From the human T2T-CHM13v2.0 reference genome, Homo sapiens: DNA of 64,000 bases. The DNA lies in NCBI RefSeq assembly GCF_009914755.1, contig NC_060929.1, one strand, 5' to 3'. Below are positions 54,966 to 64,000 of this stretch, in pieces (within the stretch, counting starts at the first letter, position 1; each line of letters begins with the position of its first letter). The position numbers and the translations under genes were made by a program. The notes under the pieces are model-generated. The model was not told where the DNA came from and did no database searches. It was given only the letters and a program-made list of their open reading frames with translations.

Positions 54966-56137
54966 AGTACTAGGTAATTTAATAGTAATCCTTCTATTTC
55001 CCACTAAATTGTGAGTCCCTCAAGAGCAAAGATTACACATTGCTCTTCCATATGCCCACTGTATATAATAAGATGCCTAACAAACTACCGGCCTGGTATA
55101 AATTCAAGATTTCATATTTACTGCTCACATTTCATACTTAATAACTTATATGGGGCAGATACTCCAAGTTAATAATAACAGGAAACAAGAACAGTGTGCA
55201 CTGGACATGAGACAGTCTGGAAGAGGCAGGAAGGGAAAAGATGTGCTGCAGAAGGTAGGAAGGGAAGGGATATGCCTGGCTGGAGGGAAGAGCCAATCAG
55301 TTCTTCATTGATCAAGGCAAGTAAGAGTCAAACATCAGGGCAGGTAGGCTAATAAAATGACACCAGAAACACGAATTCAGGCGTGAGCTTTATTCTTGAC
55401 CCAAGCACCGTCTACTCCATCCCCTTTTATAATTCCTATTGGAATCATAGATATTTTCAAGATGAAACTGCTACCTATTGATAGACAGAAATACTATGGT
55501 TGTATGTGGATTTTATGACTACAGAAAATATATACTAGCTGGGGCCACATGTGTGATTTTATACTTAGAAGAACTGAAGGGAAAATCAGATAACCATCTA
55601 ATAATTTCTTCAACAAATTCTGTGGAATGCTTATTATGCACTAGGTGCTAAGGACACAAGTATACATGAAACTGCCTGCTTTCTATCTGTTTATTGGAAA
55701 ACTCTAACAGGCAGACATGTAAGCAAAAAAGTACAGGAATGTTAGAGAAAAGCCATTGAAATACGTGCAAAACTCTGTCAGTGCACTGAGAATGAAAGTC
55801 TTAAAATGAACTTGACAGAGGAAGTGGCGTCTGAGGGGTCTGTGTCCAGGGTGTGTAGGCTATTCAAGACTAAAGGAATAGTATCAGTTACCGATCTGAG
55901 GCTACACATAACACCAAGACTTGATACTGACTTGAGGCAGCTCCATGCTACGACCTGGCATTTAGAATCATTACAGCTTTTATGATAGCTGTCTTACTCA
56001 TGCTCACAGTTTTTTCACTTTCAGGTTTCAACTGCTAGGTAGTCGAGGTGGCTAGGAGTCTTCTCTTATTGTGTTATGTGGGTTAATAAATGGTTGGAGT
56101 GTCTGAGGGAGCAGTTATCAGTTAAGTCATTAACAAC

Positions 56138-58718
56138 TATATTAGTCCATTTTCACACTGCTGATAAAGACATACCCAAGACTGGGCAATTTACTAAAGA
56201 AAGAGGTTTCATTGGACTTACAGTTCCATGTGGCTGGGGAAGCCTCACAATCATGGCAGAAGGCAAGGAGGAGCAAGTCACATCTTATATGGTGGCAGCA
56301 GGCAAAGAGAGGAGCTTGTGCATGGAAACTCTTGTGTTTGTTTGTTTGTTTGTTTTGAGATGGTGTCTCACTGTGTCGCCCAGGCTAAAGTGCAGTGGTG
56401 CGATCTCAGCTCACTGCAACCTCTGCCACCCAGGTTCAAGCAATTCTCTTGCCTCAGCTTCCTGAGTAGCTGGGATTATAGGTGTCCGCCACCACACCTG
56501 CCTAATTTTTGTGTTTTTAGTAGAGACAGGGTTTCACCATTTTGGCCAGGCTCTCCTTGAACTCCTGACCTTGTGATCCACCTGCCTCGGCTGGAAACTT
56601 CTGTTTTTAAACCCATCAGATCTCGTGAGACTCATTCACTATCACAAGAACAGCACAGGAAAGACCTGCCCCCATAATTCAATCACCTCCCACTGGGTTC
56701 CTCCCATGACACATGGGAATTGTGGGAATTACAATTCAAGATGACATTTAGGTGGGGACACAGAGCCAAATCATATCATTCTGCCCCTGGCTCCACCAAA
56801 TCTCATGTCCTCACATTTCAAAACCAATCATGCCTTTCCAATAGTCTCCCAAACTCGTAACTCATTTAAGCATTAACCCAAAAGTCCACAGTCCAAAGTC
56901 TCATCTGAGACAAGGCAAGTTCCTTCCGCCTATGAGCCTGTAAAATCAAAAGCAAGCTAGTTACTTCCTAGATACAATGAGGGTACAGGTATTGGGTAAA
57001 TACAGCCATTCTAAATGGGAGAAATTGGCCAAAACAAAATTGTTACGGGGCCTATGCAAGTCCAAAATCCAGCAAGGCAGTCAAATTTTAAAGCTCCATA
57101 ATTATCTCCTTTAACTTGAGGTCTCACATCCAGATCACACTGATGCAAGAGGTGGGTTCCCATGGTCTTGGGCAGCTCTGCCCCTGTGGCTTTGCAGGGT
57201 ACAGCCTCCCTTTTGGCTGCTTTCATGGGCTGGTGTTGAGTGTCTGTTGATTTTCCAGGTGAACAATGCAAGCTGTCAGTGGATCTATCATTCTGGGGTC
57301 TGAAGGACAGTGGCTCTCTTCTCACAACTCCATTAGGCAGTGCCCCAGTAGGGACTCTGTGTGGGTGCTCTCACCCCATGTTTTCCTTCTGCACTGCCTG
57401 AGCAGAGGTTCTCCATGAAAGCCCAACCACTGCACCAAACTTCTGCCTGGGCATCGAGGCATTTCCGTACATGTTCTGAAATCTAGGCAGAGGTTCCCAA
57501 AACCAAATTACTGACTTCTGTGCACTTGCAGGCTCAACACCATGTGGAAGATGACAAGGCTTGGGGCTTGCACCCTCTGAAACCATGGCCTGAGCTCTAC
57601 ATTGGCCCCTTTCAGCCACAGCTGGAGTGTCTGGGACACAGGGCACCAAGTCTCTAGGCTTCACACAGCACAGGGACCCTGGGCCCAGCCCATGAAACCA
57701 TTTCCTCCTAGACCTCCAGGCCTGTGATGGGAGGGGATGCTGTGAAGACCTCTGACAGGCCCTGGAGACATTATCCCCATTGTGTTGGGGATTAACATTT
57801 GACTCCTCATTACCTATGCGACTTTCTGCAGCAGGCTTGAATTTCTCCTCGGAAAATAGGTTTTTCTGTTTTACTGCATTGTGAGGCTGCAAATTTTCTG
57901 AAATTTTATGCTCTGCTTTCCATATAAAACTGAATGCCTTTAACAGTCACATCTTGAATGCTTTGCTGCTTAGAAATTTCTTCCACCAGATACCCTAAAT
58001 CATCTCTCTCAAGTAGAAAAATTCCACAAATCCCTAGCGCAGGAGCAAAATGCTGCCAGCCTCTTTGCTAAAACATAACAAGAGTAACCTTTGCTCCAGT
58101 TCCCAACAATTACCTCATCTCCATCTGAGACCACCTAAGCCTGGACCTTATTGTCCATATTGCTATCAGGCTTTTGGTAAAACCCATTCAACAAGTCTCT
58201 AGGAAGTTCCAAACTTTCCCACATTTTCCTGTCTTCTTCTGATCCCTCCAAACTGTTCTAATCTCTGCCTGTTACCCAGTTCCAAAGTTGCTTCCACATT
58301 TTTGGGTATCTAATCATCAACATCCCATTCCTTGTACCAATTTACTGTATTAGTCCATTTTCATACTGCTGTTAAAGACATACCCAAGACTGGGCAATTT
58401 ACTAAAGAAAGAAGTTTAATTGGACTTAGAGTTCCATATGGCTGGGGAAGCCTCACAATCATGGCAGAAGGCAAGGAGGAGCAAGTCACATCTTACATGG
58501 ATGGCAGCAGGCAAAGGAAGGAACTTGAGCATGGAAACTGCTGTTTTAAAACCCATCAGATCTCGTGAGACTCATTCACTATCATGAGAACACTGCAGGA
58601 AAGACCTGCTCCCATAATTCAATCACCTACCACTGGGTTACTCCCATCACAGGTGGGAATTGTGGGAGTTACATGTCAAGATGAGATTTGAGTAGGGACA
58701 CAGAGCCAAACTATATCA
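56138..58718 (-). mobile_element. Complete THE1 (A/B-type) MaLR provirus: 3' LTR 56138-56778, internal 56779-58345, 5' LTR 58346-58718
   Basis: Two similar LTRs, PPT CCAGGGGCAGAA (minus) next to the 3' LTR, decayed internal ORF pieces (57011-57892), perfect TSD ACAAC (56133-56137 / 58719-58723). Confidence 0.97.
56335..56591 (-). mobile_element. 5'-truncated AluS in the THE1 3' LTR
   Basis: Antisense Alu lacking about 45 nt of its 5' end, (TTTG)n tail; TGGAAACT duplicated (56323-56330 / 56592-56599). Confidence 0.93.
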
Positions 58719-59100
58719 ACAACCTTGGGAGAATATCCAGGAATATTTAATTGAGACTGATACTATGATAAAAAATCCTTGTGTTTTTCTTTGACTTGGA
58801 TATTGGGAAGCAATTATGCTTACAGAATCTATAGGTGAAAGAAAGTCCAGAGGACTGAATTAGACCTTTTGCAATCATGATGAAATCAGACTACTGATTA
58901 TAATAAACTTGACTATGTAAGTAAGGACAAATACTAGCAGACTTAGGCAGAAATTTCAAAATTAAGGAAAAGAATGTAAACTTAACTGTGTATTTAAAAA
59001 TATGGTGGAAAATATATTTGAGCAATAGTGTATAATAATTGTCCCATATGCTATGAATTGTTAAAAGATTTCTTGAACTTGGCCAGAAAAAATCACATTA

Positions 59101-59132
59101 CTGAAAGAACTTGAACTGAAAGAACTTGAACT
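59101..59132. repeat. 15-bp tandem duplication
   Basis: CTGAAAGAACTTGAA occurs twice in tandem. Confidence 0.9.
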
Positions 59133-59699
59133 AGAGAGTAATTAGTGGAGTGCCATAAAAATGTGTCATAGCTCAATGCTCTTCAGCTTCTCCTATCTTA
59201 TTTTCCACAAACTAGTCACTTCAATGTCAAACTCCAACCATAATGAAAATACTAAGCACACTCTTTTCAATTACTTTTATAAGTTTGTAGACATTCTGTT
59301 CTGTTAATGCCCCAATAATTGTTAGGAAAACCCAATGTCCCACTTAAATTAGTGCTTCTCCATCCATCTGTGGCAATGGCCCAATTTTTATTTCTAATCC
59401 AGCAAAGATCAGTGTATTTATAAAATACTATAGAAAAGAATTTCTAGGTAAATAAAATTACATAATTAGACATAAAAAACCACTGGTCCAAATTGTTTAT
59501 TGCTACATTCAAAGACATAAATTATTCTGTCAAATAATTTGACAGGCTTATAAGAGTTTCTAAATACTTTCAATGCATTTACTTATCTCATCATTGATCA
59601 GTAACAGTCATGAGTCAACACAGGTCCAAGAACTACACTTAGAGTAGCACTAACTTAGGTCCTGGTGTACACATATCTCTAATGGGGAAAAAATGTCTA

Positions 59700-59890
59700 G
59701 GGGAAGTGGCAGAACAATACAATGAAATGATGTTAAAAGCCCAGGACCAGAAGTCAGAAGCCTTGTGCTCCTGCCATACCAGCTCTTTCACTAACTAAAA
59801 CTCCCTAGCCCTACAGTTTCTTTGCCTAGGAAATTATGGATTAGTCTAGATGATTTTATCAATCCTGTCTGGCTATTAAATGCCATGTTT
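59700..59890 (+). mobile_element. Degenerate MIR/MIR3
   Basis: CCAGAAGTCAGAAGCC...CAGCTCTTTCACTAACT...CAGTTTCTTTGCCT...CTAGATGAT. Confidence 0.55.
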
Positions 59891-60588
59891 CTATGAAATG
59901 AAGTCTTCTGAAGAAAAAAAATCAGCTAGGTTATTTACCTTGGAGAAGAGAAAGTAGTAAGAATTGTTAATTATGTTCTACTTTATTTGCATGGATGCAG
60001 TTCTTTCTCTTCTTCATGATCCACACAAAATTACACGTGGATATAGGCGTAGTGATTCTGCCATCTCAACGACCAACTTTAACCACCTACAAATAATTGG
60101 AAAGACTGCAGTAAACTTTAGACATATCTAAATCTTCTATTGCCATCTCCATAATAATTATAACTTTGGTGCTGGTGCCAGTTGTCATATAAATGAAGTT
60201 TTAGAATACTGAGAACCAGGATCACAAGTCCCACATCCATTAAGCTTAGAACAAAAGGACATAGACTTCAATTTTACTGTCAGTTATTTATATACATAAC
60301 GTTATTTTCTGTTTAAAGCAAGTGTTGCTCAGCTTTGGAATACTTTACCCGCAAAGGTTATGTACTTTCGTTTTTTGAAGCTCATTAAAAAGAAGGTACT
60401 TTTTCCTTCCTGAAGTGGCTTGGTAATGACTAATGTAAAAGCAGAACAGTGAACAAAAGAGACTCCAGCACTGTGACTTGTTGTTGTATTGTTATGTAAG
60501 CCTTAACTTAAGAAAATATTAGCTGATAATAAGATTTAGCTTAATTCTCCTAGAAATAAGGATATTTCTACTCTTCAGCTCCAGTGTC

Positions 60589-60594
60589 TTTATT
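60589..60594 (-). promoter_or_regulatory. Candidate polyadenylation signal
   Basis: AATAAA on the minus strand, 11 nt after the predicted stop of the candidate terminal exon. Confidence 0.4.
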
Positions 60595-60605
60595 TCAGGC
60601 CCAGG

Positions 60606-60711
60606 TTAGCTTTTCAAGTTCTCTTTTTGTACCAGTAAGTGTGTCCTGGAAGTTTCTCTCTTGTGCTCCACTTCCGTCCTGACTTTAGAGTACTTCTTCT
60701 TTAGGTACATT
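60606..60711 (-). CDS. Candidate terminal exon of an unidentified spliced transcript
   Basis: Branch/acceptor CTAATTTCTGATAG|; frame (R)MYLKKKYSKVRTEVEHKRETSRTHLLVQKENLKS*, phase-compatible with the upstream exon. Confidence 0.4.
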
Positions 60712-61033
60712 CTATCAGAAATTAGTTTTAAAAATACAGACAAAGGCATGAGAGTAGGTAACTTTTTCTGGATCACTGAATATTCTTCCCAGTGGAGAAA
60801 TTATTCCAGCCCAGCCTTTCTTAACAATGACACATCATGCCCATCAGGGTTCAGAGGTTAAAAACTGTCTACATATGCTGACTCCAAAAACTTCTGAAAA
60901 GATGAACTGTTCTTCCTCAGTTACAAACAGAAAACTGGAATGTTTGCCCAGATTGTCCATCTTAACTAAATGGTCCATCCTATGTAAAATATTCATCCTA
61001 CCAAGTTCCAAACAGTAGAAGTAAAAAATATAC

Positions 61034-61134
61034 CTTTGCTTGCACGAAATGAAAATGTTGTACGGGAAAAGTTTTATATAAGGATTAAAGAAGTTCACTG
61101 AGCCCAACAAGTCAGTTTGTTTCCTTTCAACACT
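61034..61134 (-). CDS. Candidate internal exon (101 nt)
   Basis: CTCTAATTCCAAGTGACTATAG| acceptor, AAG|GTATAT donor; the only open frame is SVERKQTDLLGSVNFFNPYIKLFPYNIFISCKQ(R). Confidence 0.4.
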
Positions 61135-61239
61135 CTATAGTCACTTGGAATTAGAGTTTCCAATTACTGACTCTGTACTTGAGCATGTGGTGTATTGAGT
61201 TATTGCTATCTGACTTAGATGAAAGTGTATTCCAAAAGT

Positions 61240-61470
61240 TCATTCAATTCAATTCAACACTATGTGTCCTAGCACCTATTAAGAGCAATCCACTTGTGTG
61301 GAGTAGTGTGAGTCACTACACCCCAGAAATTCCAATCTAGATGAGGAGGAAGACACACATATATAGATTACTCCAACAAAGGTCAAACTTTGATAACTGC
61401 CATGAAAGAGGCTCAAGACACCTAAAGAGTCAAGGGAGAAATTGATTCAGTATGAGGAAGGTTTCTTAGA
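61240..61470 (-). mobile_element. L2 3' fragment
   Basis: TTCATTCAATTCAATTCAAC...TAGCACCTATT...CCAATCTAGATGAGG. Confidence 0.5.
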
Positions 61471-61494
61471 TGCTAGGGCCTCAAAAATAAGTAA

Positions 61495-62270
61495 AAATAT
61501 TTTGAAAAATATATTTTCTACTATGAAAGTAATACAACTTCACTGTGAAAAATAAAAAATAAAAGTCATATACAATCCCACCAGCTGAAAATAATTACTT
61601 TTAACACTCACGCTAACATTTTTGTCTATATATATGTCAACACAAATATTCTTTAAAGAAAATTTAATAGTCATCAGTGTTCAGAGGTATACTCCCTGGT
61701 AATCTGCCTTTTCCCCTTAACAATACATAATTAACATTTTTCTATGTGATTAGCTATTCTTATGCAATAGGTATGGCTCATAAGTTTCATGTTTTCTTTT
61801 ATTTCTTCTCCTGATTATGGCTGCTTAGAACTTGACATTAAGAGGATCATGAGACCGTCTTTTAATTAAATGAGAAAAAAACTACTTAGCATGTTTTCAC
61901 AGGTTCAGGTTAATGATGCCATGCTACAAGTACCAACTATTGGCTGACTCACTTCTATATCTCTATTAATACCACATATTATTCTTTCAAATAATTGCAA
62001 ATAAATTTTAACCAATTCCATGTTTTGGGGCATTTAGGTTGTTTTCTATGCCTGTTACACATAACTCTATGATGAATCTCCTTATGCATATATACCTGCT
62101 CATTTGTATAATTACATTGTTAAAAAAACTTTCTAGGATTGCTATTGCTGAATTGGAATATATGCAAAATTCTAAAGTTTTTTTTAGAGTATTGCCAAAT
62201 TATAGTGCCAAAAAATTATGCCCATTTAAAAACCTTGCAATTGTACATGAATGCGCTAATTTCCTTCTTC
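61495..62270 (-). mobile_element. Old L1ME-type 3' fragments
   Basis: ATGAAAGTAATACAACTTCACTG...GGGCATTTAGGTTGTTTTC...GGATTGCTATTGCTGAATT. Confidence 0.55.
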
Positions 62271-62316
62271 CTTTTCCTATATGAACACTACGTTTCCTTT
62301 CTAAATATTTGCTCAC

Positions 62317-62368
62317 CAATTTGACCGGGAACATGATCAGTTTTATCAGTATTTTAAGCAGTTCACAA
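62317..62368 (-). CDS. Candidate internal exon (52 nt)
   Basis: Strong acceptor TTCTTTATCCCCTGCATTTGCCTACAG| and donor TTG|GTGAGC; the only open frame is CELLKILIKLIMFPVKL, ending in phase 0. Confidence 0.45.
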
Positions 62369-62499
62369 CTGTAGGCAAATGCAGGGGATAAAGAAGTGTT
62401 CCAGGTGCCCCAGGCCCAGCAAGAAGTCACAATAGTGAAAAGGACTCTCTTAGGGCTCCTGGAGCCCATGGGGCACAAAAAAAGTTCTACTATATTCTA

Positions 62500-63794
62500 T
62501 TATTAACGTTTCATCTATTACATCAGAAGTTACCCACTTCTCATAGAACATCTTTAAATCTCTCACTCTAGTTGTGGGCCTGTCCAATTGTCTTTCTAAT
62601 TCTGTCAATTTTGGCTTTATATGAGGCTATATTGTGAATGAAAAACAGTTATGATTATTATATCTTTGTGATGGATTGTTCATTGTATTACTTTGTAGTG
62701 TCACTATCTCTATTCATTCCTTTTGCTTTAAATTATAGTTTCTATACATTGCTATACAACTTATCTATAAGTAGTATAAAGCAGGAATTTTAAAAATTTA
62801 ATCTAACCATCATTCTTTAACAGGTGAATTTAATCAATCTATATTATTACAATTTCTGATGTATGTGGACTTATTTCTAACATCTTTATTTTGTGTTTTC
62901 TGTTAACTACCTCTACTTCTTTCTTTTCTTTTTAATCCCTTACCTTTGGTTGATTTGCTAAAGTATTCTATATTTTCTACTTAAATCTGTGCTAGTTTTT
63001 AAACCTTAGATCTTCATCTTAACTTGTATAATTAGCCATATATTGTTCTAACAAAGCTATTATTCCACATTCTGATCCTCCTCCCAACATAGCAATATTT
63101 AACATCACCACACCCTATCATATTATTTTGTTTAAAATATTAGTATATAGAATTTTTTTAACTGCAGGTTTTTTTAACTGTACATAATTAAATTTACCAA
63201 TACATTATCAGTTTCTATGTTTGCTGTTGTTTCTTGCATCCTTTGCCTTCATTCATGTCTCATCTTGCAAAGTTAATTGGAATCTATGGATCATAAACTC
63301 TTTAAGGCTTACAGTGTCTAAAAATGTCTTACCTTTGCCAACATTACAGATTTATAGTTTAGCTGGTTATCAAATTCTAGATTGAAGATCTACGTATCTC
63401 TACATGCATTGAAAATATTCCACTGCATTCCGCAATCTATTAGTTTAAATTTTATTTCTCATTTTATTATAGGGTAAATATCCAGTAGCTTTAAAAATTT
63501 TTTTTTAAATTTTGACATTTTGCAGTTTGACTATGGTTTTCTAGTCATGGATGTATCATTATTTATTTTGTTACTCAGAGTTACTTTGATCTTAGGGCTC
63601 ATTATTTTCTTCAGTTTGGGAGAAAGTTTAGCAACAACCTCACTAAATATTGCTTCTTTGTCATTCCCTCAACTATTCTTTCTATCAATCTCCTCTCTTA
63701 ACTGCTCTTTCATTTTATTTATCTTTTTTTTTGTGCTGCTTTCTGGGTCATTCCTTCCAATTTATTATTTTTCCTATAGAGTTTATTCAGTCTA
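62500..63794 (-). mobile_element. Old L1M (ORF1/inter-ORF/EN region), highly decayed
   Basis: CAGGTGAATTTAATC...TTTAGCTGGTTATCAAATTCTAG...TTCAGTTTGGGAGAAAGTTTAGC resemble antisense L1M. Confidence 0.65.
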
Positions 63795-64000
63795 TTGTAG
63801 CAGTAGATTGTGTTTCCAAAGATAAACACAACACTGTCTCCCGTCCCACGTGCTTTTTGCAATGAGACTTTACCAATCCTGCCAGGGAGAGATTGAGTCT
63901 GTGTTCCTTCCCCATGAACCTAGGTCAGTCCTATATGCAGCTGACCAATAGACTGTGGCACAGTGACACTGTGCCCATGCCAGTTCTTCAAGAGGCCTTG
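63795..64000 (+). mobile_element. MLT1 (E-H-like) LTR, running off the window
   Basis: TGTAGCAGTAGATTGTGTTTCCAAAGAT...CCCCATGAACCTAGG...GACCAATAGACTGTGGC. Confidence 0.7.

Noticed and set aside
57011-57892. 173-aa and 104-aa ORFs, the former the longest in the window
   Set aside because: Broken pieces of the THE1 internal ORF; no sign of an intact domesticated gene.

Overview
AT-rich, CpG-depleted primate (most likely human) genomic DNA dominated by interspersed repeats: six Alus, many LINE-1 pieces, MaLR/ERV LTRs, MIR, L2, hAT and mariner MITEs. It includes a 12-kb nested L1 complex (25831-38052) and a complete two-LTR THE1 provirus (56138-58718). Most ORFs in the supplied track are decayed L1/LTR/Alu remnants or chance. 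I see no prokaryotic genes, rRNA, tRNA or CRISPR array, and no convincing new multi-gene system. The best non-repeat candidate is three minus-strand exons (62368-62317, 61134-61034, 60711-60606) that splice into one open frame ending just before an AATAAA; I do not recognise the product. Other oddities are a TSD-flanked one-LTR HERV-L fragment, an internally deleted or possibly spliced L1, divergent CTCF-like motifs, perfect DUX4 motifs, hairpins and dispersed micro-duplications. Repeat subfamily names come from recall of consensus sequences, and boundaries are approximate unless a TSD is quoted.
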